DNA of 64,000 nt, taken from positions 1-64,000 of the forward strand of contig CAWAOD010000006.1 of the NCBI GenBank assembly GCA_963783575.1, in the 5' to 3' direction. Shown one piece after another: positions 1 through 13,028 of this stretch; position 1 is the first letter of the stretch, and the number at the start of each line of letters is the position of its first letter. A program made the position numbers and the translations under genes. The notes beneath the pieces were generated by a model. The model was not told the origin of the DNA. It saw only the letters and a list, made by a program, of their open reading frames with translations, and ran no database searches. Origin of the DNA: an uncultured Spirochaetota bacterium. Lineage in GTDB: Bacteria > Spirochaetota > Brevinematia > Brevinematales > JAOACQ01.

Positions 1-1168
1 TTATCTTAACCGGATTAAATCAAGAGAATTGGAATTGTCATCCATTCTTGAATATGCAAAATTATGCCCGGTATATTTATCTATCAAGGGCGGAGTTCTA
101 TATAATCCCGGTGCATTCAGTACAAACTCATTAAATGAATTTCTGTTGATTTCTATTCTTGAAATATTATATGGATTAAATTTTTCATCGTTTGGATTTT
201 TCGCCTGCATTCCCGAAGCATTCAAGGCTGCAATAAACCTGTATTCTTTTCCATTATAATCCACTTTTTTGACAAAATCCCATACATATTTATCTGCGCT
301 GCCGTCAGGATAGCATATTTTATCGATTGAATCGACCCTGTACCCGAGATAGGACTCAAATATTTCCATGGCCCTTCCTATTTCATAAGAAGCTATTTCA
401 GTCTTATCTGGAATATACTTCCTAAGTTTTTTATGATTTTTTGTATGATTTATGATCTCAAATCCATAATCCAGGAGAAGGTTGAGTTTTTTCCCCACAA
501 ATTTACTCTGCATAAAAGGTATATGTTCCAATGGAATACTAAATGCGGCATTTAACATAAAATCCGGATGTTTTTTAGCAAATTCAATCATAATACCTAT
601 CGCACAATCCGGGTCAATAACAGGATCTCCCTTCGCATCTGTTCCAGAAAATTCAAACTGTCCGAAAGTTGCATCATCAAAGGTCAAAATATAAAGTTTA
701 GAATCCGGCGGTAACCTGTTTAAATCTTTTTTCATTCCTTTCGCAAGGGATATATACTCGTTTAGCGAAATATTTCTGAATTGATTCTGATATAATGTCT
801 CTAGTTGATCCCTAAATTCATCCGAACTAACAAAATATCTTTTGGTTTTATATTTTTTTTCAATCTGCCGGTCAGAATATAATTAGTGTAAACTTGTGGT
901 GTTTCAATTATATGATATTCAAGAATCGGAATTTTTCCATTAATTCCATTTAAAACTTCTTCCATACTTTCATTTGGAAATTGATTAAAATTATTTCCTT
1001 CTTCATTAAAATCCTGTTTTTGAAATCCTAAAATTTATATATCCTGAAAAATAATAAAATTGATAGCCAGAGACACAATTGTCAATAGAATTATTACAAA
1101 AAAAAGCAATCTATTTCCATTCTTCTTCTTTTTAATAAATTTTGGGTTATATTCCTTAATCTATCCAT
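1..1168 (-). pseudogene. Polysaccharide deacetylase family protein, left-arm copy with 5' frameshifts
   Basis: C-terminal 244 aa identical to 30063-31232; indels around 840-1160. Confidence 0.8.
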
Positions 1169-1342
1169 ACCTGTCCAGTCTTTTTTCTTAAACTATCGGC
1201 AATAATATCACTATTTCTTTAATAAACGTTCATATATCGATACTTTATGATTTTTAAAAATAATTCTTCATTGATAAATCCGGAAATTTCGATTATAATA
1301 AGTATAGCACTGACGACTTATATATCTATCAGGAGGATAAAA

Positions 1343-2629
1343 ATGCCTAAAGTTAAAATTGCACTGGCCGGATTTGGGACTATAGGTACGGTGTTATCGA
1401 ACTTTTGGAAGGAAATAAAGAAATCATTAAAAACCGGACAGGTTTGGAAATTGAGATAAAGTATATAATAGATATAGACTGGGAAACCCCAAGGAGAGTT
1501 GAATCAATAACTGCCTTAAAAGTTTCGGATTATAAAAACAGTTCTAGCTGATCCGGAAATTGCTATAGTCATAGAATTGATCGGCGGAGTAGATTTTGCT
1601 TATAAACTTGTAAAAAGAGCCTAATAGCCGGTAAAAACGTTGTTACTGCTAATAAGGCCTTATTGGAGAAAGAGGAACGCCTTTGTTTCAGTTGCCAAAA
1701 AAAATTCAAAATCAATAGGCTTCGAGGGGAGCGTATGCGGAGGAATACCAATAATTAGGACGGTTTATGAAGCGCTTTCCGGTGAGAAGATTTAATCTAT
1801 CTATGGTATAGTAAACGGAACAACCAATTATATTTTAACCAAAATGACCGAGGACGCTCTGGATTTTGATACCGCTCTTAAACAGGCTCAGGAACTTGGT
1901 TTTGCAGAAAAGGTTAATCCTTCTCTTGATATCTGCGGTTATGACGCGGCACATAAAATTACTATCCTTGCTTCGCTTGCCTTTAATACTCCAATTGCAT
2001 AACGCTTGTTTGATAATCAAGGTATTAAGAACATGGAATTTTGAGGACATATATAATGCAGATGAATTGGGTTATATTATAAAACTTCTTGCTGTTGCAA
2101 AGCTTGACCCGGACAATACTGTAGAAGTCCGTGTTAATCCTACTCTGGTTCCTAAGGATAATCAACTGGCTTTTGTAAGAAATGAATTTAATGCAGTTAT
2201 GATCGAAAGTGAATTTCTTGGAAATTCTATGTATTTCGGACGTGGAGCAGGTTCTAGACCGACAGCTACTGCAGTAGTCGGCGACGTCATAAATATAGCG
2301 AAATCCCTGAACAATCCTGATGGTTATTTAACTTATTCTCAATTCAACAATTATCCTGTTAAAAAAATCGGGGAAATTGAAAGCCGGTATTATGTCCGTT
2401 TTAATGTAATAGACAAGCCTGGAGTTCTCAGTAAAATATCGGGAGTTTTCGGAAATTACCAGATAAGCATTGCTTCAGTTATACAAAAAGAAAGAAGTAA
2501 GACAGACTATGTCCCATTAATAATGACAACGCATGCAGCCCTGGAAAAAAATATAAATCAGGCATTGGATGAAATAGAAAAGATGGATTTTAATAAAAAC
2601 GAGGTATAATGCTAAGAATAATGGAATAA
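1343..2629 (+). pseudogene. hom: Homoserine dehydrogenase, left-arm copy with several frameshifts
   Basis: Mirror of 28600-29889; fragments MPKVKIALAGFGTIG and GRGAGSRPTATAV. Confidence 0.85.
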
Positions 2630-2636
2630 TTAGCAG

Positions 2637-3209
2637 TTAAAAATTGTGATGATCTAAATTTTCCATATTATCATTTATTTTCTTATTATAATTTAAGAGA
2701 CCTTGTTTATAACTATTATCGATAAAACCAATCATACTTTTTTTCTCTTTTCTTAGTTTGCGAAAATAGCTTAATATATTTGAAAGCATTTCCTGATAAA
2801 TTGTTATTGATAAAAATAAAATTTCTATTAAATTATTTTTATTATTCATTTCCCGGAATTTTTCCAGAGGAAGAACAATTTTTAAAATTAAATAAGAGCA
2901 TAATGCCAGTACTAAAACCCGGAATAATGAATTAACACCCATCGATACGGCCGAGGAATAAAAATCAAAAAACATAAAATGAAGCTTTTTTCCTTCTTTT
3001 ACAGTAAATAATTTTATCAGTACTATCGGAAGAGTGAAAATTATAAGAAAAATCAAGTTTTGAATTGCTCTAAGAACTAATTTTTTTTGAAAAACTGATA
3101 TATAAACAATTAATGCTAAAATTACTATGAAATTAATTTTCCAATCCCAAAAAAAAGCCCCTATTGTCAGAAACAATAGGGGGATTATTTTCACTACATA
3201 TATAATCAT
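2637..3209 (-). CDS. EcfT/CbiQ-like membrane protein (intact copy)
   Basis: Hydrophobic 190 aa ORF overlapping the rplQ stop; several TM segments; family assignment tentative. Confidence 0.55.
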   Translation of the reverse strand: MIIYVVKIIPLLFLTIGAFFWDWKINFIVILALIVYISVFQKKLVLRAIQNLIFLIIFTLPIVLIKLFTVKEGKKLHFMFFDFYSSAVSMGVNSLFRVLVLALCSYLILKIVLPLEKFREMNNKNNLIEILFLSITIYQEMLSNILSYFRKLRKEKKSMIGFIDNSYKQGLLNYNKKINDNMENLDHHNF

Positions 3210-3581
3210 TTTTTAGGGACTTCCAGAGATTCCTCTACCAATTCTATCATCGCCATTTCCGATCCATCGTTAGCCCTATATCCGAGCCTTAATATTCTTG
3301 TGTAACCGCCGTTTCTGTTTTTATATCTTAAAGCAATATCGCCAAATAATTTAGTTATAATAGACCTGTCTTTTATAGTTTCAGAAACCAAACGTTTTGA
3401 CTGTATATTGTCTCTTTTGCTTTTGTTATGATTTTCTCGGCAAACGGACGTAAAGCTTTTGCCTTTTGAACAGTTGTAGTAATATTTTCATATTTAAAAA
3501 GAGCTATTGCCAGGTTCTTTAACAAAGCTTTTCTATGGAAGTATTTCTGCTGAGTTTTTTAACTTTATCTCCATGCCTCAT
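3206..3581 (-). pseudogene. rplQ: 50S ribosomal protein L17, frameshifted left-arm copy
   Basis: [12 protein letters not shown] motif; mirror of 27645-28022. Confidence 0.85.
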
Positions 3582-3583
3582 AA

Positions 3584-4614
3584 TTATTCTCCCTCTTCAA
3601 AATCTTCCATCGTTTCTTTATTAATTTCGCTATTATCAGAATACTCTTTAGTTTTGTCTTCAAGCGAAAGACCATACAATTGAAGTTTTTCAGCTATTTC
3701 AGTTAATGATTTCTTTCCGAAATTCTTTATCTTCATCAATGAATCCTTGTCATATTTCATCAATTCACCGATTGTGTTAATATTGGAACTCTTCAAACAA
3801 TTAAACGAACGAACCGATAAATCAAGTTCAGATATCGGTTTTGAAAGCACATCATTATTTACGGCAATTTCATTGGTTTCGGCGCTGACAGCAACCTCCT
3901 CTTCAGCCTCAAAATCTATAAACAGAGAAAAATATTTCCTCAATATGGCAGCAGCCTTTGAAACAGCATCAACAGGAGTAATAACCCCTGAAGTCCATAC
4001 TCCAAACTACTTTCTCACAATCCGTTTTTTCTCCAACCCTATAATCCTCAATAATATAGTTAACACGAACAATCGGTGAAAATATAGCATCGACTGGAAT
4101 AACGGAAATAACGGAATTTGAATCAAATAAATCTTCCGCCGATCTATAACCTCTGCCGAATTCTATTTGAACGTCAAGCGATAAGTTTGTTTCTTCATTT
4201 AAAGTGGCAATTTTTAAATCCTCATTTATTACATTGACAGTGGCATCAACGGCAAAATCCTTAGCAACCAACTCTCCTTTACCTTTCTTTACCACTCTGA
4301 TAACTTTCTTATCGCTGCCGTCATTTAAAGACAACCTAATCTTTTTAATGGCTAATATAATATCCGTTAAATCTTCCTTTACACCCTTAATCGGTTCAAA
4401 TTCATGATTTATACCTTCAACTTTGATTGATGTAATAGCAAAACCCGGGATATCGCTCATTAGAACTCGCCTTAGCGAATTGGCTATAGTAACACCCACT
4501 CCTTTTTCAAAAGGATAAATGTTAAACTTACCATAAAATGAAGAATAAGAATTCTTTTCATATTTTATCTCATAAGGCAGACATGACATCTTTTAAAAGC
4601 CCTTTTTGAGTCAT
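3584..4614 (-). pseudogene. rpoA: RNA polymerase alpha subunit, frameshifted left-arm copy
   Basis: Two ORF pieces match 26611-27642. Confidence 0.85.
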
Positions 4615-4713
4615 TTATACCCTCCAAACTCTCATTTACAAAACGTGCCCTTCTGCAGGCTCAAGGCAGAATTCTGGATCCAGCCCTAAATAAATAATTT
4701 ATAAAATATTCAA

Positions 4714-5346
4714 TTATTTCGAGTATAATTCTACAATTAACTGTTCCTTAATATCGATTTCAGGATTCATTTCCTGCCTGGTAGGTATAGACAACATCTT
4801 TAGCTTTACATTTGTAAAATCAACCTCCAGCCAAGCAGGTATTACTTTATTCTGAGCAGACTCAATCGATTTCACAACCATATCAAGATTTTTTACCTTA
4901 TCGGACAATGATATTTCTTCCCCCAGTTTAACAATATAAGAAGGAATATCCATTTTTTTCCCGTTAACCTTAACATGCCCGTGTATTACAAGCTGTCTGG
5001 CAGTTTTTTTAGAGGGTGCAAAACCAGCTTTATGAATAATAGAATCCAGTCTTCTTTCTAAAAACTGAAGAAGAACTTCACCGGTAACGCCTTTATGTTT
5101 GGCAGCCATTTCAAAATATCTTCTAAACTGTCGTTCATACAAGCCATAATATCTTTTAACCTTCTGTTTTTCTCTGAGCTGAATAGCGTATTCGGTAGGT
5201 TTTTTGTTGAATTTAGATATCTTACCCGGAGGCGTAGCCCTATCGTTTAATGTACAATTCTGAGAATAACACTTGTCCCCCTTTAAAAAAAGCCTTAAAC
5301 CTTCTCTTCTGCATAACCTGCAGGATGGTCCTATATATCTTCCCAT
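4714..5346 (-). CDS. rpsD: 30S ribosomal protein S4 (left-arm copy)
   Basis: MGRYIGPSCRLCRREG, LREKQK, LERRLD. Confidence 0.95.
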   Translation of the reverse strand: MGRYIGPSCRLCRREGLRLFLKGDKCYSQNCTLNDRATPPGKISKFNKKPTEYAIQLREKQKVKRYYGLYERQFRRYFEMAAKHKGVTGEVLLQFLERRLDSIIHKAGFAPSKKTARQLVIHGHVKVNGKKMDIPSYIVKLGEEISLSDKVKNLDMVVKSIESAQNKVIPAWLEVDFTNVKLKMLSIPTRQEMNPEIDIKEQLIVELYSK

Positions 5347-5361
5347 TGTTCATTTACCTCT

Positions 5362-5757
5362 CTAAACTCTTCTCTTTTTTCTTGGCCGGCAGCCATTGTG
5401 CGGTATTGGAGTGATATCGCGCAGGGTTTTAATTTTTAATCCTGCCGCATCAAGCGCTCTTATAGCCGATTCTCTTCCGGGACCCGGCCCTTTCAGCCTT
5501 ACATTAACATACTGGATTCCATGGAACTTAGCAATTTCCACGGCTTTTTCCGAAGCCAATTGGGCTGCATAAGGAGTTCCTTTTTTTGTACCTTTGAAGC
5601 CCACACTTCCTGAACTGGCCCAAGCCAAAGAGTTGCCGTTCAGATCAGTTATATTAATAATTGTATTATTAAAAGTTGCTCTAATATTTGCAATCCCTTC
5701 CAATACGTTCTTTTTTTCTTTTCTTTTTTTCGTAGTAGCTGCAGCCTTTTTAGCCAT
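5362..5757 (-). CDS. rpsK: 30S ribosomal protein S11 (left-arm copy)
   Basis: [16 protein letters not shown]. Confidence 0.95.
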   Translation of the reverse strand: MAKKAAATTKKRKEKKNVLEGIANIRATFNNTIINITDLNGNSLAWASSGSVGFKGTKKGTPYAAQLASEKAVEIAKFHGIQYVNVRLKGPGPGRESAIRALDAAGLKIKTLRDITPIPHNGCRPRKKRRV

Positions 5758-5778
5758 TAAAACAATCCTCCACTCAGT

Positions 5779-6147
5779 TTATTTCTTTTTTCCGATCGCA
5801 TTATTCCTCGGACCCTTCCATGATCTCGCATTCGTCCGTGTTCTTTGCCCCCTTACCGGAAGTCCTATTTTGTGCCTGTGCCCTCTATAAGTCCCTGTAT
5901 CAATCAATCTTTTTATATTCATCGCAATTTCTGTTCTCAAATCGCCTTCTACTTTGAAATTATCTTCAATAGTATCCCTAATTTTTGCCAATTCATCTTC
6001 ACTCAAATCTTTAACTTTTTTATTCGGTTCAATCTTTGCTTTTTCAATAATACTTAATGAATTGTGTCTTCCAATTCCATAAATATAAGTTAATCCGATA
6101 AACACCGCTTTATTGCCCGGTATTTCCCTACCTGCAATTCTTGCCAT
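5779..6147 (-). CDS. rpsM: 30S ribosomal protein S13 (left-arm copy)
   Basis: [19 protein letters not shown]. Confidence 0.95.
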   Translation of the reverse strand: MARIAGREIPGNKAVFIGLTYIYGIGRHNSLSIIEKAKIEPNKKVKDLSEDELAKIRDTIEDNFKVEGDLRTEIAMNIKRLIDTGTYRGHRHKIGLPVRGQRTRTNARSWKGPRNNAIGKKK

Positions 6148-6173
6148 TCAAAACCTCCGTTTTACTAACTAAA

Positions 6174-6302
6174 TTAAGACCTTTTATTACCCATTTGCCG
6201 TTGCTTATGCTTTTGATTTTCACAAACAACCATTACAAGGCCATGTCTTCTTATAATATGGCATTTTTCACACATTTTTTTTACCGAAGATCTCACTTTC
6301 AT
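6174..6302 (-). CDS. rpmJ: 50S ribosomal protein L36 (left-arm copy; not in ORF track)
   Basis: Manual translation [14 protein letters not shown]...HKQRQ. Confidence 0.93.
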   Translation of the reverse strand: MKVRSSVKKMCEKCHIIRRHGLVMVVCENQKHKQRQMGNKRS

Positions 6303-6312
6303 TCGCATGCTC

Positions 6313-6534
6313 CTATTTATATCTGTATACAATTCTGCCTTTCGTCAAATCATATGGTGACATTTCCAGGGTTACTTTATCACCGGGAATAATCTTAATA
6401 TAATTCATCCTCATTTTTCCGGATATATGCGCAAGTATCTGCTTTTTACTTTCCAGCTCTACCTTGAACATTGCGTTTGGAAGCTGTTCCAAAACAACAC
6501 CGTCAAACCGTATTACGTCTTCCTTGTCCATCAA
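6313..6534 (-). CDS. infA: Translation initiation factor IF-1 (left-arm copy)
   Basis: [27 protein letters not shown]. Confidence 0.95.
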   Translation of the reverse strand: MMDKEDVIRFDGVVLEQLPNAMFKVELESKKQILAHISGKMRMNYIKIIPGDKVTLEMSPYDLTKGRIVYRYK

Positions 6535-7187
6535 GAGTTGATGACCTCCATAATATCTTTATAAACCCCATCAACAGACTGTTCTCCATTAACTTTAATT
6601 AACACTTTCTTGTTCTTGTAATAATCTATCAATGGAAAAGTTTCACTTTTATATACTTCCATCCTCAATTTAACTGTTTCTTCATTATCATCATTCCTGA
6701 TTGATAATCCTGAATTATCATCATCACAATGATTTTCAACTTTCGGAGGATTATAATAGATATTATATATTTTACCGCACTTCGGACAAAACCTTCTTCC
6801 GGTCAGTCTTTTAATTAGCTTTTCCTCATTTACATCTATAAGAAATACTTTATTCAAAGATTTTTCTTTGGCATTATTATCATAAAGTTCGGCCTGGTTC
6901 AACGTCCTGGGAAAGCCATCAAGAAGATAACCGTTCTTACAATCATCCTGGCTTAACCGGTCAAGCGCTATCTTAACAACAATCGAATCGGGAATAAGTA
7001 ATCCTTTATTCATATAACTTAATATTTCATCAACAGGAAAACTTCCTTTATATGTTCCCTTGACAATAGCCCTGAAAATATCACCGGTTGAAATATGAGG
7101 TATTTTCAAAGAAACGCAAATTTTTTCCGATTGAGTTCCTTTTCCTCCACCTGGAGGAGCAAGTAATGCAATATTATACATTATCAT
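6531..7187 (-). CDS. adk: Adenylate kinase (left-arm copy)
   Basis: [22 protein letters not shown]. Confidence 0.95.
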   Translation of the reverse strand: MIMYNIALLAPPGGGKGTQSEKICVSLKIPHISTGDIFRAIVKGTYKGSFPVDEILSYMNKGLLIPDSIVVKIALDRLSQDDCKNGYLLDGFPRTLNQAELYDNNAKEKSLNKVFLIDVNEEKLIKRLTGRRFCPKCGKIYNIYYNPPKVENHCDDDNSGLSIRNDDNEETVKLRMEVYKSETFPLIDYYKNKKVLIKVNGEQSVDGVYKDIMEVINS

Positions 7188-7192
7188 ACCAC

Positions 7193-8509
7193 CTATTTTT
7201 TACCGGCTCTTGTCAAAAACCCATCCAGATGATGCATCATTAAATGTGATTCAACCTGCTTTAGTGTATCCAGAGCAACACCAACCATAATTAATAATGA
7301 AGTTCCCCCATCAAATAACCCAGGGCGCTTGGAACATTCAAAGCTCTTATTACAAAATTTGGAGTCAGAGCTATTGCTCCTAAAAAAATAGCGCCTGGCA
7401 AAGTTATCCTATTTAATGTAAATTCAATAAATTCTTCTGTTTTCTGTCCTGGCCTTACACCAGGTACAAACCCTCCGGATTTTCTGAGATTTTCTGCAAT
7501 ATCATGCGGGTTCAACTCTATCTGCATATAAAAAATAAGCAAAAAATAGTATTAAGGCAAAATATACTATAGAATACCATAGTTGCCCCGGTGAAAGATT
7601 CTGACTTATAATTAAAAATAACTCCGATTTTCCACCAAACCATTGAGCCACACTTCCCGGCAAGATTAATAAGCTTGATGCAAAAATAATCGGTATTACT
7701 CCTGTTGGATTAACCTTAAAAGGTAAAAACGAAACCTGACCTGACCTGGCTCCTCCGGCAATTGCACGGTTTGCATATTGAATGGGGATTTTTCTTAAAC
7801 CCTGTTCTTCAAATACAACCAGTCCTATAACTACAACAAACAGACCAAGTACGATAACAAGGTTCATTGGATCGGTTGCGCCTTTCTCAACACCAGTAAA
7901 CATTGCAAAAATAGAATGCGGCAGACGGGCTATTATACCTGCCATAATTATTAGTGAAATACCATTACCAATGCCTCTCTCGGTAATCTGTTCTCCCATC
8001 CACATTAAAATTAATGTACCAGCTGTTGCTGCCAATGTAAAAATAACAATAAAGGAATTATCATTTATTGTTAAAAATTGGCCTGCCATATTTGTATTTA
8101 TCAATCCCCTGGCGAAAATAACCCCTTGAATCAATGTAACAATTACAGTCCCCATTCTTCCGTACTGTTGAAATTTCTTCCTGCCTTCCGGTCCCTCTTT
8201 AAGCATTCTGTCTACCGCAGGAACGACCGCTTTTAATAGCTGCATAATAATCTGGGATGTTATGTAAGGCATAACGCCAAGAGAAAATATTGAGGCGTTA
8301 TCTCTCGCTCCACCGGAAAATAGGTTTAAAAAATCAGCAAGTCCGCCGCTACCGGCAGTATGTCTGGTGGTTTCAAGTAAACGTACAAGATCAACCCCAG
8401 GAACCGGAATCCATGCTCCAATACGGAATATAACAAGCATACTAATAGTGAACCAAAAACGCTTTCTTAATTCCGGTACTTTAAAAATATTAATAAAGGC
8501 CTTTAACAT
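7193..8509 (-). pseudogene. secY: SecY, left-arm copy with frameshifts near 7530 and 7305
   Basis: SIFSLGVMPYITS, GIGNGISLII; homopolymer indels relative to the right copy. Confidence 0.9.
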
Positions 8510-8533
8510 ACTTTCTCCCAAACTTTCTCAATT

Positions 8534-8971
8534 CTAAACCAGTACAACACTTCCGCCTAAAGTTTCAATTTTTTCCTTGGCCGCTTTTGAACATTTATTA
8601 ACTGTTATTTTTAAACCTTTGACCTCAAGTTTCCCATCAGCCAATAATTTTACAGGAAGACTGTTATCCTTAATAAGCCCTTTTTCTTTCAAAACGCTTA
8701 TCGTAATTTCTGAATTTTCAGCAAATACACCCAGTGTGTTTATATTGATAATATTATAAACCAGTCTGCTAAAGGGTTTAAAGCCTCTTTTTGGAAGTCT
8801 TCTATAAAGAGGCATCTGCCCGCCTTCAAATCTCGGACGGATTGAACCACCTGATCTTGCCTTCTGCCCCTTTGCTCCTCTACCAGAAAACCCGCCTCTT
8901 CCACTTCCTATGCCCCTTCCGACCCTTTTTACTTTCTTAACGGAATATTTATTTATTTTAATTACAGACAT
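8534..8971 (-). CDS. rplO: 50S ribosomal protein L15 (left-arm copy)
   Basis: FEGGQMPLYRRLPKRGF. Confidence 0.95.
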   Translation of the reverse strand: MSVIKINKYSVKKVKRVGRGIGSGRGGFSGRGAKGQKARSGGSIRPRFEGGQMPLYRRLPKRGFKPFSRLVYNIININTLGVFAENSEITISVLKEKGLIKDNSLPVKLLADGKLEVKGLKITVNKCSKAAKEKIETLGGSVVLV

Positions 8972-8992
8972 ATTCCCTCCAGATGACTTTTA

Positions 8993-9514
8993 TTACTTCA
9001 CGCTCCCAAAAATATCGGCCATAGTTTTATCACGTCTTGCGGCTACAATATTTATATCCATCAGGCTATAAAGAGCGTTCAGTGTTGCCTTAACAAGATT
9101 TACAGGATTTGTTGACCGCAGCGATTTAGTCAAAACATCCTTTATTCCGGCTAACTCAAGAACCGGCCTTACTGCTCCACCCGCAATCACTCCAGTCCCT
9201 TTGGAAGCAGGCCTAAGTAAAATAACGCCGCTTTTAAATTTTCCTATAATTTCATGCGGTATGGTAGTATTTTTCATGCATATCGCCTTCGCTGCCTTAA
9301 TGGCTTTATCCTTTGATTTTTTAATCGCATCGGCAAGTTCATTCGCTTTACCGTATCCGATACCAACCATTCCTTTACCATTACCAACAATAACTATAGC
9401 GTTGAATCTGAATCTTTTTCCACCTGTTGTAACCTTTGCCGCTCTTCTCAAACTGACTACTTTTTCTTCCCATTCACTTTTCACAGCATTTCTGGTATTT
9501 TCCCTATTAGCCAT
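8993..9514 (-). CDS. rpsE: 30S ribosomal protein S5 (left-arm copy)
   Basis: [19 protein letters not shown]. Confidence 0.95.
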   Translation of the reverse strand: MANRENTRNAVKSEWEEKVVSLRRAAKVTTGGKRFRFNAIVIVGNGKGMVGIGYGKANELADAIKKSKDKAIKAAKAICMKNTTIPHEIIGKFKSGVILLRPASKGTGVIAGGAVRPVLELAGIKDVLTKSLRSTNPVNLVKATLNALYSLMDINIVAARRDKTMADIFGSVK

Positions 9515-9532
9515 TATTCACCTCAATGAAAA

Positions 9533-9901
9533 CTAGAATTTAATCCCTCCGGCCCTGCAGGCATCTGCAAGAGCCTTAATTTTTCCATGATATTTAAAGC
9601 CATTTCTATCAAAGCAAATCGATTCAATTTTTAAATCTTTCAATTTTTTTGCCATTTCCTGTCCCAAAACAGACGCACTTTTTATATTCTTTCCCAGTTT
9701 TTTTTCTTTCAGTTCTTTTGATATTGAAGACAAGGTACAAACAACTTTTCCATTTAAGTCATCTAAAACCTGAACATAAAGATACTTTTTTGACCTGAAA
9801 ACAAGCATTCTCGGCCGGTCTATAGAATAAGTCAAATTTCCCTTGCTTCTTTTCTTTGCCTTGGCAAATTTTCTTCTTTTGTCTTTAGTTATATCAATCA
9901 T
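9533..9901 (-). CDS. rplR: 50S ribosomal protein L18 (left-arm copy)
   Basis: [16 protein letters not shown]. Confidence 0.95.
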   Translation of the reverse strand: MIDITKDKRRKFAKAKKRSKGNLTYSIDRPRMLVFRSKKYLYVQVLDDLNGKVVCTLSSISKELKEKKLGKNIKSASVLGQEMAKKLKDLKIESICFDRNGFKYHGKIKALADACRAGGIKF

Positions 9902-9922
9902 TTTAATCCCCTTTCTTATCAG

Positions 9923-10465
9923 CTATTTAGCCGTCTTGCCTTCTTTCAGCTTAATTCTTTCATTTTGATATCTGATCCCTTTTCCTTTATATGGCTCGGG
10001 CGGTCTGACCATTCTTATATTTGCTGCAACCTGGCCAACCAACTGTTTATCACAGCCGCTTATCACTAAAGAAGTTGGCGGAGTTTCAAGTTTTAATGTT
10101 ACACCGTCAGGAATTTTAAAAACGGCGGGTTTTGAAAAACCGACTGTAAGAATCAATTCCTTCCCTTTTATTTCCCATTTATAACCCAAACCCTGAATTG
10201 ATAATATCTTGGAAAAACCTTCAGAAACTCCCATTATTAAATTCCTTATCAATCTCCAATATAAGCCCTGGCAGGCTTTAAAATTATTAGTATCTCCTTT
10301 CCTTTCGACTCTAATTTCTTTGCCGCTGATGATGATATCAACAAAATTTGTTAAGAACGGCATCTGTAGTTTACCAAGCTTTCCCTCAATAAAAAAAACG
10401 CCGTTTTTAACGGATACTTTTACCCCATCGGGAATTATCAAAGTCTTTTTTGCTAACCGTGACAT
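9923..10465 (-). CDS. rplF: 50S ribosomal protein L6 (left-arm copy)
   Basis: PEPYKGKGIRY. Confidence 0.95.
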   Translation of the reverse strand: MSRLAKKTLIIPDGVKVSVKNGVFFIEGKLGKLQMPFLTNFVDIIISGKEIRVERKGDTNNFKACQGLYWRLIRNLIMGVSEGFSKILSIQGLGYKWEIKGKELILTVGFSKPAVFKIPDGVTLKLETPPTSLVISGCDKQLVGQVAANIRMVRPPEPYKGKGIRYQNERIKLKEGKTAK

Positions 10466-10475
10466 GAATCAACTC

Positions 10476-10859
10476 CTACCAAATATAACATAAAACTTCA
10501 CCGCCGACTCCAAGGGACCTTGCTTCTTTGTCGGTTAAAACTCCCTTGGATGTTGTAATCAAAGCAATACCAAAGTTGTTAAAAACACGCGGTAAACTGT
10601 CGACACTTGAATAAACTCTTCTGCTGAGTTTGCTTATTCTCTTAAACCCCATAACAGCCGGTTTCCCATTAACATACTTCAGACTTACTGTATAGGAATA
10701 TTTACTTTCAGAAGAGTCTTTAAAATCTATAATATAACCTTCTTTTTTCATAACGCTTAAAATATCCCCTATCAAACCGGCTTTCTTTACGTCAACCCTA
10801 GCCGCCTTTCTGGAAATTGAATTTTTTAATTTGCTTAAAGTATCCGCAACTATATCCAT
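10476..10859 (-). CDS. rpsH: 30S ribosomal protein S8 (left-arm copy)
   Basis: TSKGVLTDKEAR, GGEVLCYIW. Confidence 0.95.
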   Translation of the reverse strand: MDIVADTLSKLKNSISRKAARVDVKKAGLIGDILSVMKKEGYIIDFKDSSESKYSYTVSLKYVNGKPAVMGFKRISKLSRRVYSSVDSLPRVFNNFGIALITTSKGVLTDKEARSLGVGGEVLCYIW

Positions 10860-10889
10860 ATACTTCTCCAAATAAATACTAAAAAAACA

Positions 10890-11075
10890 CTACCAGCTTG
10901 ATTTAATAACTCCTGGAATTAAGCCCTGCGATACAAACTTTCTAAAACATTCCCTGCATAATCCGAAATCTCTCATATAAGCCCTGGGACGTCCGCATAG
11001 TTTGCATCTATTATATTCTCTTACTTTAAACTTTTTAGGTTTTTTCCATTTAACTACCAACGACTTCTTAGCCAT
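10890..11075 (-). CDS. rpsN: 30S ribosomal protein S14, Zn-binding type (left-arm copy)
   Basis: RCKLCGR...LCRECFR. Confidence 0.95.
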   Translation of the reverse strand: MAKKSLVVKWKKPKKFKVREYNRCKLCGRPRAYMRDFGLCRECFRKFVSQGLIPGVIKSSW

Positions 11076-11105
11076 TAAATCCTCCACAAATACATTGATT
11101 GAATA

Positions 11106-11819
11106 TTATTTATCCTTAAACGGAAATCCAAGATGTTTAAATAACTGTAAAGCCTCTTCATCATTTTTAGCTGTTGTTACTATTGTAATATCCATTCCCC
11201 TGATTTTTTTTATTTTATCGTAATCAATTTCGGGAAATACAAGCTGTTCTTTTAAACCTATAGTATAATTCCCTCTACCATCAAAACTGGAAGGATTAAG
11301 ACCTTTAAAGTCCCTTACCCGAGGAAGCGCTACAGAGACAAGTTTATCCATAAAATCAAACATTCTGCTGCCTCGTAAAGTTACTCTAACACCAATCGGC
11401 ATGCCTTCCCTAAGATGAAAATTAGAAATTGACTTTTTTGCATAGGTTTTAATAGCCCTTTGTCCTGCAATTAAAGTTATTTCTTCAACAGAAGGATCTA
11501 ATATAGCCTTGTCTTGTGTTGCTTCTCCAAGACCTACATTGACAATCACTTTTACAAGCCTTGGGACAGCCATAGGAGTTGTATATTTATAAAGTGCCGT
11601 CAAACCTTTAACAGCTTCATTATCATAAACATATTTCATTCTTGGTATATATTTAACAGATTCGACTTTTTTCACAGTCTTTTTTTCTTTTGCTTCTTTT
11701 ATTTCTTTACCTTCAACCGCAGGTTTGGATTCCATTGGAACCTTTGGTTCCTTTACAACCTTCGGTTCTTTTTCAGTCTTAGTTTTCTTGGCCTCTTTTT
11801 CTGTTTTTTCCGCGCTCAT
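11106..11819 (-). CDS. rplE: 50S ribosomal protein L5 with Lys/Glu-rich N-terminal extension (left-arm copy)
   Basis: [21 protein letters not shown]. Confidence 0.95.
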   Translation of the reverse strand: MSAEKTEKEAKKTKTEKEPKVVKEPKVPMESKPAVEGKEIKEAKEKKTVKKVESVKYIPRMKYVYDNEAVKGLTALYKYTTPMAVPRLVKVIVNVGLGEATQDKAILDPSVEEITLIAGQRAIKTYAKKSISNFHLREGMPIGVRVTLRGSRMFDFMDKLVSVALPRVRDFKGLNPSSFDGRGNYTIGLKEQLVFPEIDYDKIKKIRGMDITIVTTAKNDEEALQLFKHLGFPFKDK

Positions 11820-11833
11820 TATTAACCTCTCGT

Positions 11834-12147
11834 CTATTCAAATTTATGCTGACAGCTTTTGCAAATTCTTTTTTTAGCACCTTTATCATCAATTTTCATA
11901 CCAACACGAACACCTTTCCCACAAGACGGACAAATTACCATCGCATTGGAAATTTGAATCGGCGCTTCAACCTCTATAAAACCACCGGACGGTTTTTCCT
12001 TTGATTTTTTTACTGATTTTTTAACAAGATTCACACCTTTAACAATAAGGGCTTTTTGCTTTACAGCTACACGAATAACTTCTCCCTTTTTCCTTTATCC
12101 CTACCCGATATAATCAAGACCTGATCGCCTTTAATAATCTTTTCCAT
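11834..12147 (-). pseudogene. rplX: 50S ribosomal protein L24, frameshifted left-arm copy
   Basis: Mirror of 19076-19390 with a 1-nt deletion. Confidence 0.85.
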
Positions 12148-12159
12148 AGAATAAATCTC

Positions 12160-12527
12160 CTAAAATACTTCAGGCGCTAATGAGACAATTTTCATAAAGT
12201 TTTTATCCCTGAGTTCCCTTGCAACAGGCCCAAAAATTCTTGTGCCCCTGGGTTCACTTTGTTTATCGATTAAAACAGCTGAATTCCTATCAAATCTTAA
12301 CAGGATCCGTCTTTTCTTCTAAGCTCTTTTTTAGTTCTGACTATTACCGCTCTAACCACTTCCCCTTTTTTTACCGATGAATTCGGAAGGGCCATTTTAA
12401 CTGCGGCAATGATCGTATCACCAACATAAGCATATCTTCTTTTAGAGCTTCCTTCGACATGAAAACATTCTATTAATTTTGCACCTGTATTATCAGCCAC
12501 ATCCAGCCTGGTACCCAGCATTATCAT
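12160..12527 (-). pseudogene. rplN: 50S ribosomal protein L14, frameshifted left-arm copy
   Basis: VADNTGAK; mirror of 18695-19063. Confidence 0.85.
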
Positions 12528-12540
12528 AGTGTTCCTCCCA

Positions 12541-12797
12541 TCAAGCCATCTTATTCAATATTTCAATGATTTCCATCTCTTATTCTTACTGATAGGGATT
12601 GTTTCCTGTAACACAACCCTATCGCCAGCTTTGCTTTTATTGTCAGCGTCATGAACAAAAAATTTCTTTCTTGTTTTTAAAAACTTACCATAAGCCGGAT
12701 GTTTTTTCACACCTTCAGTAACAATGACTCTGCTTTTATTCATTTTATCACTTAAAACAACTCCAACCATTGTTTTTTTATTACCAGTTTCACTCAT
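12541..12797 (-). pseudogene. rpsQ: 30S ribosomal protein S17, left-arm copy with C-terminal frameshift
   Basis: Mirror of 18424-18681. Confidence 0.85.
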
Positions 12798-12808
12798 AAA
12801 AACGCTCC

Positions 12809-13015
12809 CTAGCTCTTCTTTAATTCACGTTCTTTTAATAATGTATTAATTACAGCAACCTTCTTTTGAAGATTTCTTTTCTCCATCGGATTAGCAGGTT
12901 TTTCAATTTTAGCTTTGAACCTGATTAGTCTCATCGCGGCTTCTGTATCTTTTATCATTTTAACCAGTTCTTCATTGGATAATTCCCTTAATTCTTTAAG
13001 CTTTTTTTTAATCAT
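12809..13015 (-). CDS. rpmC: 50S ribosomal protein L29 (left-arm copy)
   Basis: Position between rplP and rpsQ; ELRELSNEEL...INTLLKER. Confidence 0.9.
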   Translation of the reverse strand: MIKKKLKELRELSNEELVKMIKDTEAAMRLIRFKAKIEKPANPMEKRNLQKKVAVINTLLKERELKKS

Positions 13016-13028
13016 AATTTTCCCCTGA